Below, one piece after another: positions 23,549-36,089 of a stretch of DNA of 39,315 nt; the stretch's first letter is position 1, and each line of letters opens with the position of its first letter. The position numbers and the translations under genes are program-made. The stretch covers positions 85,869,840 through 85,909,154 of the forward strand of contig NC_057719.1 of the NCBI RefSeq assembly GCF_004010195.1, given 5' to 3'. This stretch comes from Chiloscyllium plagiosum (lineage: Eukaryota). The notes below the pieces were generated by a model. The model saw nothing but the letters and a program-made list of their open reading frames with translations. It did no database searches and was not told the DNA's origin.

Positions 23549-24799
23549 TGCCTTTTGAAATAACCACCAACAGTCCATTTGCCTCCCTTTTTACCCACTA
23601 CACTTGGATGTCAGCTTTTTGTGATTCACGCATGAGTGCCCCTAAATTGCTCTGTGCTGCACTTCCCTGCAGTATACAACAATTTTTCACTTTGATGGGA
23701 CACTTCTTAGCTTTGCTGCCCTCACCTGGATTGAATACATTCCTCAGTGATTAGTTAATCTGAGGAGGGGTAAAATCAGCTTCAAACTCAACACTCGTGT
23801 CACAAATGTAAAGATTGTCCTGTAGTAATCCCTGGGAATAATTGTAGTGCAGAATTCCCATTATAGCTAAACATGCATCGCACTAGTACTCCTCGACCAG
23901 GACCTAGTAAACACTAGAAGCAGGTGAAGGGGTCCCGGGATCCGGGGGGTGGGGGGTACAGAGTAGCGTGCTGGTGATGGTGTAACCACTTCCATCACCC
24001 TCTTCTATCAGACACCATAAAGTGTTAAATGCATCCTGTTTTCATTTTCTTCAGCAGGACCAATTTACAACATTATTGCTGAGCACCTGAATACCTCAAT
24101 CTATCAGCCGAGGGATGGTGGAGGTTGGGGATAAGGGGTAGGTGCCGTTCAGAAACTGCTGCTTCCTCAGGCCTACTCAGTGTAGCCATTAAATACCACT
24201 TTGGCAATGACAAGTTAATGCAAGCTGTGAAGTTATGGCATGCAAAGAATTGCTGAGTCCAGTGGGCCCTCGGGACGTGTGTAACAGCAGCTGAACTGGG
24301 AGTTGCTTGTTAATGATCGTTGAGCATGGTGAAAATACCAAGCAGAGATAAGTTCAAGACTTCCACACAGCAGAATGTGTCAGCAGAGCTGACTTTACAA
24401 CCAACTAAAATTACAAGGCCAAGCAGCCTTGACCTTTGGTCTTAGTATAATTAGGTTGTTTTATTTATTGCAACCCGAGCTGCTGCCTTGTTTATTTCTC
24501 TCTAATCTCAGAAATATATTTCCCTCTGCAGCTGGGCCATCTCTTCATTTCCATGTGTTTTAATCTTTTAACATTGTACTTTCTTTATTTTGTCTGACTG
24601 AGAATTAATGAGGGAATGAAGAAAGCTGAAGAGATAACAGGGTTTGAGCAAAAACATCAGACTCAATTGGAACCAGGCACCAGTATCGGGTAAATCGAGA
24701 GACATGTTGCTCGCTGCATTATTCAGAAATGTTGTCCTTCAGCAGACTGTAGTAAGAGAGGCCTAGGTTACACTCACTGATGAACATCCACTATTCATG

Positions 24800-24955
24800 T
24801 TTGGTATATTTAAGGCAGAAATCGATAAACCTATAAAATATAAAAGGAAATGATGATAATGTGGGGGGAAATAAATTTATTGAGTTAAAAGGTCAGCCAT
24901 GATTTAGTTAAATGGCAAAAGAGGCTTGAGGGGTCAAGTAGCTAACTCCTTTCCT
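24800..24955 (+). mobile_element. Short old CR1 3' UTR fragment
   Basis: TATATTTAAGGCAGAAATCGATA...TCAGCCATGAT...AATGGC..AGGCTTGAGGGG...CTAACTCCT. Confidence 0.65.
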
Positions 24956-25241
24956 TCCCTTTCCTTGTTTTTACATTCATATGAATAAACAGTGAGCCAG
25001 TAGCAGTGCACATCATGCTGTCTTTACCATACAGGTCACAGCTGCCTGCCCACACCTCAATGTTCATGGTTCATTATCCATATTCACTGCACACACCCAC
25101 TGTCCAACAGCAAAGTCCACAACTCATTCCACCTCACTTACTACACTACGGTGTTAACAGACCATTGTCTACAACTTAACAATCACACTCAACTGTCTAT
25201 ATTCCACTATTCACACTGCACTGATAACAACTCATTCTTCT

Positions 25242-27280
25242 GAACATAGAAGGTAGGAAAAGGAGTAGGTCAGTTACCCCTCAAGTCTTCTTGGTATTTA
25301 ACTAGATCATGGTGACCTTCTTCCTACATATTTCAATGCATTAACCCCATTTCTCTTGCTATTTTAAGTTCCAAATATTTATCGATCTTTGTCTTCAGTA
25401 TACCAAATAACTGGACATGTAATGATCTAAAGAATTCTAAAGATTTGTAACTCATGGATGAAAAGCTTCCTTCTCATCTCAGCTATAATCCAGCAATGAT
25501 TCTGAGACTGTGTCCCTCTCCCCTAAGCAAGGAAGCATCCTGCATCTATCCCTTTGAGCATTATAAAAATGTTTATGCTTCAATGAGATCACCTCTCATA
25601 TTTTGAAACTCTAGAGAATATAGGCTCAGTCTCTTCAATTTGTTCTCCTGCATTAATCCAGCATCCCAGATATTAATCTAGTGATCCTATGCTGGACCTC
25701 CTTTATGGAATGGACATCCTTTCTTAGGGAAAGATACAACCAGAGAATTTCAACTGGAAGCAAGAAATCTTAACATCTGCACTCAAATCCTCCTAATTAT
25801 TGTCAACCTGCCATTTGCCATCCTAATTGTTCACTACACCTACATTATAGCTTACGGTGATTTATTAACATAGACTCCCAGGTCCCTTTGAACATTTTGA
25901 ACTCTTTGAAAGTAAGTTTTTTCATACCCAAGTGAGGAAATTTGCATTATACACAACATGTGCCATGTATTGGGGCAGCATGGTGGCTCAGTGGTCAGCA
26001 CTGCTGCCTCACAGCACCAAGGACCTGAGTTCAGTTCTCACCTTGGGCAACTGTCTGTGTGAAATTTCCACATTCTCCCCATGTCTGTGTGGGTTTCCTC
26101 TGGATGCTCTGGTTTCCTCCCAAAGACGTGCAGGTTAGGTGAATTGGCCATGTTAAATTGCCCATAGTGTTAAGTGCATTAGTCAGTGTGTGGGTTACTC
26201 TTTGGAGGGTCAGTGTGGACTTGTTGGGCTGAAAGGCCTGTTTCCATAGTGTAGGGAATCTAATCTAATCATGTTCTACTTTTTTCCATTTGCATTGCTT
26301 CTTTTAAATCCATTTGCAATCTCTTCATGTCCTTCTCATAACTGACATTCCCACGCAGCTTTGTGTACCAGTAAAATTGAAAATATTGCATTTGGTCTCC
26401 ATATCCAAATCATTGATATGAGTCATGACTAGCAGGAGCCAATAACTGCTTTTATTGTGACACACTGCTAGTACTATCCTGCCAACCTCAAATTGATCGG
26501 TTTATTCAAGCTCTGCTTTCTATCTGTTTATCAATTCTCAATCCATACCAGCATACTATCCTTAGCCCATGTACTCTAATCATGCTTTCTAATCTACTGT
26601 TTAAGAAATTATCAAAATCTTTCTGAATAACCAAAATGCATCACATCCACTAGTCCCTTATTATCTATTCAGCTAATCATATCTTCAGACACTCCCAAAA
26701 CGTTTGTCAAATAACGTTTTCCTTTCATTTATGATGACTCTGAATAGAATACCATTGTTATCTAAGTATACAACTGTCACATGCTTAATAACAAATTCTA
26801 TCATGTTCCCTCTTGCTGATGTCAAGTTAGTGGGTCTGTTGTTCCTCAGATTTGTTATCAATCCTTTCTTAAACACTGGAGTTATATTTATTGTCTTCCC
26901 AAACTGAAAGAACTCCTCCAAAGTCTTTTGACTTTGGGAAGGTAAGCATCGCCTTGTCAACTTTCCCTACGGCTACCTATGGCAACATTCTGGGATGTGG
27001 TTTACCAATTTTTATCTCATTCAATCTTCCAATATGTTTTCTTTGTATAAAGTTACATTAACTTCTTTCAGTTTCTCATCCCTCACTAGTCTCTTGACCC
27101 TCTAGAATTCATGTTGTACTTTGTATCTCCCTCCATGAAAACACACAAAAATTGTTTAGTTTTTCTTCAATTTCTTTATTCTGTTAAAAATTTTCCTACT
27201 TCTGCCTGTATCTGTATTTACTTTTACTTATCGTTATCTTTTTATATGTCTACACAACCTTTTTTTCTGGATATCTTACT
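25242..27280 (-). mobile_element. Old, highly decayed CR1 LINE interrupted by an HE1 SINE
   Basis: Antisense tail GAACATAGAAGGTAGG..AGGAGTAGG; INITPVFKKG...NNRPTNLTS (ORF 26685..26960). Confidence 0.8.
25972..26270 (+). mobile_element. HE1-type V-SINE, older copy
   Basis: GGGGCAGCATGGTGGCTCAGTGGTCAGCACTGCTGCCTCACAGC head, V-domain, tail GGCCTGTTTCCATAGTGTAGGG(AATCT)n; CpG-depleted. Confidence 0.92.
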
Positions 27281-27572
27281 TTTATTTTCTTTATTAATTC
27301 CACATCATGATGTTCCTTTCTACAATTTACTGTAGTGTACTGATCTCATTATCTATTATTGGTGTTGCCTCTTTTTGCTTTTTGCCTACCCTTCCTAAAT
27401 GTTAAATATACTTGAATGTTCAGTTCTTTGCGTCCTGCATTCAACTCTCTAATCTTACTTACTTAGTGCCAATTTTCTTGTGGTCAGGCAATAATCCAGT
27501 GAATATTACATTTGAGGTTTTAATTTACTACCTAGTTGCTCATACTCTCTAAACATAACTTCTATTGTTTTG

Positions 27573-27848
27573 GATTCCCTACAGTGTGGAAACAGGCCCT
27601 TCGGCCCAACCAGTCCACACTGACCCTCCGAAGAGTAACCCATCCAGACCCATTTCCCTCTGACTAATGCACCTAACACTATGGGCAATTTAGCATGGCC
27701 AATTCACCTCACCTGCACATCTTTGGATTGTGGGAAGAAACCAGAGCACGCAGACAGTCCACACAGACAGTCACCCGAGGCTGGAATTGAACCCAGGTCC
27801 CTGGCGCTGTGAGGCAGCAGTGCTAACCGCTGAGCCACTGTGCCACCC
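27573..27848 (-). mobile_element. HE1-type V-SINE with small internal deletion
   Basis: Antisense head CTGAGCCACTGTGCCACCC, B box GGAATTGAACC, tail GATTCCCTACAGTGTGGAAACAGGCCC. Confidence 0.92.
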
Positions 27849-27857
27849 ACAAAAAAA

Positions 27858-28031
27858 ATGGGCAATTTAGCACGGCCAATCCACCTGACCTGTATATTTT
27901 TGGACCTTGGGAGGAAATCCACACAAACACAGAGAGAATGTACAAACTCCACACAGACAGTTGCCTGAGGTTGGAATCTAACCTGGGTCCTTGGCACTAA
28001 GAGACAGAGTTCTAATCACTGAGCCATCGTG
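27858..28031 (-). mobile_element. 3'-truncated HE1-type V-SINE in tandem with the previous copy
   Basis: Second copy of ATGGGCAATTTAGCA.GGCCAAT...CTGAGCCA; lacks the CR1-like tail. Confidence 0.88.
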
Positions 28032-28219
28032 TCTAGTCCTGCTTTGTCAGTTGTACCGACACCTCCACCCACTGCAAATTTCTCTCTAACCCAGAGCAAT
28101 GTCCCAAACCCTGGCACTGGACAGGCTCTATCACCTTCTTGTTCCTCACTCTTAGATATGGGGAACTGTAACCTTCCTTTTGTATATATACTCTCCCCTA
28201 ACACAACTACATGCCTTTG

Positions 28220-29195
28220 TTTTATTCAGTCATGTGATGTGAATGTTATTGGCTCGACTGGCATTTATTGTTCATCTTGTGCCCCTTGTGATTGTGTTAA
28301 TCAGATGCCTCCTTGAATCAGTATGCTGCAGGAACAACCAAAATGTAGATAGGTGGGTGGTCCATGATTTTGACTCAGTTATGTTGAAGATGAGGTGATA
28401 TATTTCCATGTGAGTATATTGACTGGCTTGTTGAGTAACTTGCAGTTGGTGATGCTCCATGTTTCTACTGCCTTGTCCTTCTTGAAGTTTGGGATAATTG
28501 GGTGTGACATACTATCTCAGAGGCTTGGTGAATTTCTGCACCCCATTTTGTTGATGGCACATATATCTGCTGTTGTGCTTTGGTAGTAGAGAGAAAGTGA
28601 AAGATTGTGGATGTAGTGACTGGTTCTAGATTATATGCATTTTCTTGAGTCCTTTTGGAGTCATGTCTATTCCTGCAAGTGGCAAATATTTCATCATATG
28701 CTTGCCTTGTAAATGGTACACAGATTTTCAGGATGAGTTGTTAAGTTGCTAGTTGCAGGATTCCTAACCTCTGACCTGTTCTTGTAATGGCAGTTTTCAT
28801 ATATATTCAATACTTATATTGTTTACATATTTCCTAAATTATTTGCTATTTATTTATTATTATTTATCATTACTAAAGTTCCATTTCTGGTCAATGGAAT
28901 GTTGATGCTGGGGATTCAGCAATGGTAATGCCACTGAATGAGAAGGGGTGATGGTTAGATTCTGTCTTGTTGGAGATGAGTGTTGCCTGCCACATATTTG
29001 GTGTGAATGCTACCTCCCATTCATCAGCCCAATCTATATTGTTCAGGTCTTGCTGTATGTGGAGTGCTTCAGTATTCACCAATGAGCCTTTCTCCATCAG
29101 AAATAAGGAGAGAAAGTCATTGATGGAACAGTTGAGGAAGGTTGAGTCCAGCCATGCCCATGGGCTGAGACTATTGACCTCTAACAATCACAAAT
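28220..29195 (-). mobile_element. Old LINE (second CR1/L2-group family), RT C-terminus and 3' end
   Basis: INDF...HIQQDLNNIDWADEWEVAFTPNMWQATLISNKTESNHHPFSFSGITIAESP (QQDL..I..WAD.W...F...K motif). Confidence 0.8.
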
Positions 29196-29718
29196 TTCTT
29201 GTTATGCTATATAAGCCTTCAAACAGTCCCAAATTGATTGGCTCCTTTCGACACATTTTACAATGGTTACATACCTGGCTGGTAGATCATGCAGTTTTTA
29301 TTTATTTATAGATGTGTGCAATCCATGTGACACTTTAATTGAAAATGAACATGAAAGTAACTGAGAGGGAGTGCACTCATTGACTTGACAGTTAGTTTTT
29401 GAGTGCTAAAAGGTGGTCCATTCCCTATAGTTCCCACTCTGCCTTTATTTTGTACTAAGTCACATTCCTCTATTCATAACCATCACAATGAAACCAAATA
29501 TCGTCACAAAATTAATTCAGCCATCTTGAAGGGAGTTGCATCAAAGTAGCTAATAGGGATATATGGCCTAGCATTTTGGATCTAGTTGTTCAAAGCCACC
29601 AAAAGCTCCACTGATGATAGGTAGAATTCCTATGGATAACCCTTTTGGTAAATTGTAGTAATAGATATGATGTGTTTTGGAAGTGCTGAAAGACCGTCTA
29701 ATGGGTTTATCAGCGGTA

Positions 29719-31007
29719 GGCAGCATGGTTTTGTACAGGAAAGGTATGACTTACAAACCTAGCAAAATTCTTTGAAGAGGTGACAAAGTTGATTGATGGG
29801 GGAAGGGATGTAGATGTCATATACATGGACTTTAGTAAGGCATTTGATAAGGTTCCCCATGGTAGGCTGATGAAGAAGGTGAAGTCACATGGGGTCCAGG
29901 GTGCTCTCGCTAGATGGATAGAGAACTGGCTGGGCAACAGGAGATAGAGAGTAGTGGTGGAAGTGAACTTCTCAAAATGGAGATCTGTGACCAGTGGTGT
30001 TCCACAGGGATCCGTGCTGAGACCACTGTTGTTTGTGATATACATAAATGATTTGGAGGAAAGTGTAGGTTGCCTCGTTAGCAAGTTTGCAGATGACACT
30101 AAGATTGGTGGAGTAGCAGATAGTGAAGGGGTCTGTCAGAGAATACAGCAGAATACAGATAGATTGGACACTTGGGCAGAGAAATGGCAGATGGAGTTCG
30201 ACCAGACAAATGTGAGGTGTTGCATTTTGGAAGATGCAATTCCAGAGTGAACTATACAGTAAATGGAAAAGTCCTGGGGAAAATTGATGCACAGAGAAAT
30301 CTGGATGTTCAGGTCCACTGTTCCCTGAAGGTGGCAACACAGGTCAGTAGAGTGGTCAAGGAGGCATACCGCATGCTTTCCTTCATTGGACAGGGTATTG
30401 AGTATAAGAGTTGGAAGGTCATGTTACACTTGTATAAGACTTTGGTTTGGCCACATTTGGAATACAGCGTACAGTCCTGGTCACCACATGACCAAAAGGA
30501 TGTGGATGCTTTGGAGAGGGTGCAGAAGAGGTTTACCAGGATGTTGCCTGATATGGAGGTGCTAGCTATGAGGAGAGATTGAGTATATTAGGATTATTTT
30601 CATTGGAAAGAAGGAGGTTGGGGAGGGGACCTGATTGAGGCCTCCAAATTTATGAGTGGTGTAGACAGGGTGGATAGCAAGAAACTTTTTTCTCAGAATG
30701 GAGGACTCAATTACTTGGGGTCATAAGTTCAAAGAGAGAGGAGAAAAGTTTAGGGGAGATATATGTGGAAAGTTCTTCATGCAGAAGGTGGTGGGTGCTT
30801 GGAATGCATTGCCAGCAGAACTGGTAGGAGCAGGAATGATAGCGTCATTTAAGATGTATCTGGACAGATACATGAATGGGCAAGGAGCAAAGGGATACAG
30901 ATCCTTTGAAAATAGGTGGCAGATTTAGATAGGGGATCTGGATCAGCACAGGCTTGGACGGCCGAAGGGTCTGTTCCTGTGCTGTAATGTTCTTTGTTCT
31001 TTGTTCT
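29719..31007 (+). mobile_element. CR1 LINE, 5'-truncated, RT plus 3' UTR
   Basis: IYMDFSKAFDKVPH, VTSGVPQGSVLRPLLF, KFADDTK, TLVWPHLEY, LERVQKRFTRM; tail (TTCTTTG)n. Confidence 0.96.
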
Positions 31008-31035
31008 AATTTACAGGGCTAATATCAGGCCACTT

Positions 31036-31280
31036 AACATGGAACAAGGCCCTTTTGGCCCATCGTGCCTATGTCAGTCATCAAACACTTTGAGCACTTG
31101 GACTGTAGCCTTGTGTGCTATGGCATTTCAAGTGTTCATCTAAATATTCTTAAATATATTGAGGGTTTCTGATTCTACCTACCCTTTAGTCATTTCAGAT
31201 ACCCACAACTCTGGGTGGGTATGGGGGGGGTGGCATGTTTCTCTCTCAAATTCCCTCTAAAACTCCTGCTCCTTGTTTTA
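31036..31280 (-). mobile_element. Old CR1 3' fragment
   Basis: CATGGAACAAGGCCCTTTTGGCCCATC...TCAGATACCCACAACTCTGGGTG is antisense of a CR1 3' end. Confidence 0.65.
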
Positions 31281-31419
31281 ACGCATTGGAGTTCATGATT
31301 TAGCAATGTAGCATAGAAGACATCTTGGCAACGAGGTTGTGCAAAGAGACAAGGATGATGTTTTGAATAGGGTCTATCTCTACCTACCATTTACTCTTTC
31401 TTCCTGCCCACATCCTATC

Positions 31420-31592
31420 TCCTGCATAAAAACCAGATTTTTCATAGCTACCACCAGTTCTGAAGAAGGGTCACTGAACCCAAAACTTTACCTCTGATTT
31501 CTCTCCACAGATGCTGCCAGACCTGCTGAGACTTCATAGCAATTTCTGTTTTAGGTTCTGATTTCCAACATCCACAGTTCTTTCAGATTTTG
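31420..31592 (+). mobile_element. PLE terminal-repeat remnant (another family), degenerate hammerhead
   Basis: TTCTGAAGAAGGGTCACTGAACCCAAAAC...CTCTCCACAGATGCTGCCAGACCTGCTGAG...ATTTCCAACATCCACAG. Confidence 0.75.
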
Positions 31593-32434
31593 TTTTTGAA
31601 TAGACCTCACAGCTTTTCCATTCCATTTTCTATTGCCTTTCAGCAATTGCCACAAATTTTTAGGCATTCATGGGCAGACCTGCGGTCGGGTCTCTGCCAC
31701 TCAGTAAACTTTCATTGAACACTGAGGCTTGAAATTATCTCTATCCCCACGCATAAATTGTACAAAGCAACATTGTAGGTCAACAGGCCTTTTCATCCTT
31801 TGCATATGCTTGATGTCTTCTTTTTTTCATTATACGCAAGTCTCTGTCCCATCACAAAATGGAGGTGCTTTCAACATGCCATTAACATCTATGGTGATAT
31901 GCACCATTCCTAACATATCTTCCTAGAAAACTGCTTTCTTTTAAGGTAACTTCTTAATGCTTTGCAAGGACCATATATGTGCCACCTTTTCAACACGAAC
32001 TTTGTTCATCAAACTACCAACTCTTTGGTGAAATGAAACAAATTGATGTGACAGGAGTTATTTGCAGGAGCTATACTCTACATCACCACTTGCCTACTGC
32101 TTACATCAAGTAAATAGGGGATCATTTCACAGTTAATTGTGAATACTGGTGAACTACAAGCTTTCCTCCAATCAACAGAATAATCTCAGATTTCATTGCA
32201 CTATTTCATATATAAACAGCATGCTGTCTTAGCACAGGTCTAATTTCATTAGGTCGTCTGAATGAACTGCAACTCAGCTGACCTTTGTTCTTTGAAGCTG
32301 ACATCTTCAACATCATCAAACCATTGAACACAAAATGAATATTGAGCACGGTTTTGGTGCCAGATATCATTTTGACAGCATATCTGTCCTAGGAATCCAG
32401 CCTATCTATCTTGAGGAATACTTTGATGGCCTAC

Positions 32435-32576
32435 CTCATGTTTTTATTAGCAATGACACTTTGAAAAAAATAAACTGATTTCAAACTTTGACTAATGCGA
32501 CTACAATTGTCCATAACTTTCTTTCCATTGATCTTTTGACCATTCTAATGACAGCTTTGATGATCACAATGACTAC
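32435..32576 (-). pseudogene. Candidate decayed exon, 142 bp, phase 1-2
   Basis: Weak acceptor ...tacag|, donor GAG|gtaggc; SHCDHQSCH*NGQKINGKKVMDNCSRISQSLKSVYFFQSVIANKNM with one TAG (32547-32545). Confidence 0.28.
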
Positions 32577-32688
32577 CTGTATTTCACTGGAGAATGGGAG
32601 TTTGGGGGAATATCTTGCCTTACATGGCATAAAACAATTTCTGATTATGTCTGAGTAAATCGAACATACAAACAAGTAATCCTTTTAC

Positions 32689-32892
32689 CTGGTTCTTTCT
32701 TGGAAACTTCCTCTGCGTTGGGGCCAGCAGTGGTTCCCACCTTCTGAACAGCTATGGGTAATATTACACTTCGGCAGGAGCTCAGATCGGTCAACCAGCT
32801 TGTCAAATTTTCTTTTCGTTATTTACAGAAATTTATTTTGTGTAGAGATGAGAACTTGAGTAAAGTGTAACATTCTGAGGGTATCACTTCAG
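32689..32892 (-). pseudogene. Candidate decayed exon, 204 bp, phase 1-1
   Basis: Acceptor ctgttcttttgtag|, donor CAG|gtaaaa; 68 codons with one TAA (32821-32819): EVIPSECYTLLKFSSLHKINFCK*RKENLTSWLTDLSSCRSVILPIAVQKVGTTAGPNAEEVSKKEP. Confidence 0.4.
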
Positions 32893-33317
32893 CTACAAAA
32901 GAACAGTGTATCCACCTTTGCAAAATATATTTCAGAAGGTAACATTGAACTAACAGGGGTCAGTGGATATAGAATGATAGGATATAATGTTTCATTGAGA
33001 ATGGATCTGCATATAGCTATTTATAGGATTTCCATGCAAAAAGCTTCATTTGTCTTCTGTTAATGGCTTATATGCTTAATACTATGACCAATCAGATATA
33101 GATTAAAAAATCATAATACACAAGATTGCATGAAATTGAGTTCTGCTAAATCTTGAAACTGACCTCATTGTCATTGTCATTGTCATGCCGAAACAGATGA
33201 GAAGACGAATTGAAACAAAGTGACTCTATGTAACACAGTACTAGTGTCTTATCCAGTATGTATTCTCGTTAGAGTCAAAAAATAGATAATGTTATTGCAG
33301 TGCTGCAGTTTACTCAC

Positions 33318-33653
33318 ATGGACATCTGAGCTTGTACAGGTTTTTTTTAGGCAGTTTATTTATGGCTACCTCAAGGCCAAATTAGGTATCACAGTGCACA
33401 CATGGAGACAACACACACTCCAAAGTGATTTCTGCCTTGAGGCGATAATATTGCAAGTACCAAGAGGAATTAAAATGAATAATTCTGCTTTTCACTGTTG
33501 TATATGGCTGTGAACAGGTAATTTGCTGGATGTTTATTGTTTCTGAGTGCATGCTATCTGTGCTCTTCTGAATGGGTTTATCCAACGTCATGTAAAGAAA
33601 ATTATCCAGACGTTTGACGAGTGGCAGGCACAAGGTAGGCAAGCTTTCTGCTC
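33318..33653 (-). pseudogene. Candidate decayed exon, 336 bp, phase 1-1, ZP-N-domain-like
   Basis: Acceptor ttgctttgattacag|, donor CAT|gtgagt; 112 codons with one TAA (33384-33382): AESLPTLCLPLVKRLDNFLYMTLDK...HFNSSWYLQYYRLKAEITLECVLSPCVHCDT*FGLEVAINKLPKKNLYKLRCP. The domain call is by-eye. Confidence 0.45.
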
Positions 33654-34009
33654 CTGTAATCAAAGCAACATAATTTACAACTCTTCATGATTGTCCACTG
33701 CATATGGCGTTGAAGTTATTGAGGAGCCGCACAAGGATTATTTCAGGCACTGATAGATAGCTAAGTTGTTTGAAGGTGAACTTGTTAGTCAAGTTCCAAA
33801 TTATATATCAACCTCTTGTAAGTATGTAGTTTGCAATTTAATCCTAGCAGAGATATATTGTAAGATGATTGACCCCTTGGTTTAATTTGCTCGTTTAAAT
33901 AAATATGGATAATTTACAGAATCGAAATTTGATTCCAGTTATGCTGTCTCTTGTACTAAAATGTGTACCAATTGAATCAATGTTAAATTAAAATATAGTA
34001 AAGGTGACC

Positions 34010-34920
34010 CGCTGAAGGGGTCTATTCATCTCATCGTGTCTGTACCAATGAAAGATTTCTCCAATGTATCCCACCTTCCAGCTTTTGGGTCATAGCCTAT
34101 AGACTACGGCACACTAGTCATGAATCTAAGACCTTATTTTCTAACATGATAAGCGTTTCTGCCTCTATCAATGTCTCTGACACTAAATTCACACCTCCCA
34201 CTCCACTCCAAGGGAACTGTTCTCTAATCTTTCTCTTAATCAATATCAGTCTATTGCCTCTGTTAATTCAGCACTTAGCTAAGGGAAACAGGTCCCTCTT
34301 ATTGAATCTGCATCTCAATTATCCTCCCCAAGCCTCCTGAAATTCCCAAAAAAGGTTCAGCTGAGACAATGTTTCTTCAAAACTGACATTCACCATTCCT
34401 ATCGACATCATTGCAAATTTCCTCTGTGCTCTCTTTAGTGATATTATATCTTCTAATAATGAGCTAACCACATATATGCACATTACCTTAGCTGCAGTCT
34501 AACTAGTATTTAACATGATTTGAGCATAACCTCTCTGCTTGTATGCTCTCGGCAAAGTCTACTATACAGCTTCCTAATGACCTGCTTTATCTGACCTTTA
34601 ACTTCAAGAATCTATTGACATAAACTCCAAGGTTCCCCTGTCTCTCTAATTTCTCATAATTCAACTCATTTTTCTGTCTTAGCAGTCTTATTTGTCTCCC
34701 TAAGTGCCTTATCAAAATGTTTTTTGGGATGAATTCCATTTGACACACTTTTGTTAAACTAACCATTCCATTGATATCTCTCTTTAGTCTATAAAGTATT
34801 TTCTTATTATCCCCCAAAAAACCGACTTTCATATCACCTGTAAATGTCCTACTCGCCTCCTCTACATTTATGTCTCAAGCATCAATATGTGTCCGAAACA
34901 GCAAGTGACTAATATTGAGT
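34010..34920 (-). mobile_element. Old decayed CR1 fragment
   Basis: LKRDINGMV....CQMEFIP.N....HLG (Q.DLD.L..W...WQM.FN..K...H.G region) and LGVYVNRFLK. Confidence 0.7.
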
Positions 34921-35692
34921 CCAGTATTTGTTGTGACAAGAGAAGGGCTTTGAACAACTCTGAATTTGTATGGGTGTCTCATGAGAAGGTGGAGGCATTA
35001 TAATTTCTGACCAATGAAGCTAGCCATGGTTATCTATCATAGCAACAGGATAATTAGCTGGGTGAGTGATTAGGTTATTCAATGAGCCAGAATGCCGTTT
35101 CTACTTCTTGAATGGGATCTTGAGAGATTCTATCCTAAACCAAGAGAAATGGAGAATGGCACCCACCTCAAAGTCAGTTCGCTAACTTTGAAGGTTGTTT
35201 TATGACAGTTTTAGCTCAGAATGCCTAAATTTTCTCAACCACTGTGAAAACTGTCTCCTCCTTTAGTGAAGTGCTTATGCGGTTATGTATCTACCTAATC
35301 ACATCTAAAAAGATATAGTTGCCTTGATCCACAGTAAAATCACTCACAGGTCATATCAGAGACATTGGCAAAGGCACAATATTCTTCCCTTATATCTCTG
35401 ATGCATAGACATGAACACATATGACACACTATGAATTTAGTCATTCATTACCAGACATGGATATATAGCATCAGTCAAGCTCTTGTTCCTTTGTTCTTAT
35501 TTTTTGTAAACCAAAGTTCAAGCTATGAATGCCACCATAAGACCAGTATTTCCTGAACACTCACTCACTAATCTATAAAATATATTTGCTTGCAATTTCT
35601 GCAACATGTTGGAATGCCAGGACACTTCACTTATTGTGAGGGACTGTGTATTCAGCAAGTGTCACCAGCTGCTTCAAGTTGATTTCAGCATT

Positions 35693-36087
35693 TAGAGTCA
35701 AAGAGTCATAGAGCATGGAAGTAGACCCTACAGTCCAACTAGTCCATGCTGATCATGTTGCCAAACTAAACTAGTCCCACTTGCCTGCATTTGACCCACA
35801 CCCCTCCAAACCTTTCCCATTCATGTGCTTGTCCAAATGTTTTTAAATATTGTAATTGTACCTGCATCTATCACTTCCTCTTGCAGTTCATGCCACATAT
35901 GAGCCTCTCTCTTTGTAAAAGAGTTGTCCATCATGTCCTTTTTAAAATTTTCTGCTCTCACGTTAAATATGTGCCCCCTAGTTTTGAACTCCTGTACCCT
36001 AGAGAAAAGACCCTTGCAATTCACATTTTCATTCTTCCTCATTATTTTATAAACCTCTATAAGGTCACCCCTCAACCTTCCTATGCT
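35693..36087 (-). mobile_element. CR1 3' fragment
   Basis: Antisense tail AGAGTCAAAGAGTCATAGAG; GRLRGDLIEVYKIMR...TRGH. Confidence 0.9.
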
Positions 36088-36089
36088 CT

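Noticed and set aside
24057..24135. Plus-strand acceptor ttttcattttcttcag as an exon start
   Set aside because: The two frames translated stop within ~27 codons and no protein is recognisable.
31830..31922. Possible terminal exon of the candidate pseudogene (EDMLGMVHITIDVNGMLKAPPFCDGTETCV*, minus strand)
   Set aside because: Weak acceptor, and its phase 0 is incompatible with the phase-2 end of the preceding segment unless another exon intervenes.
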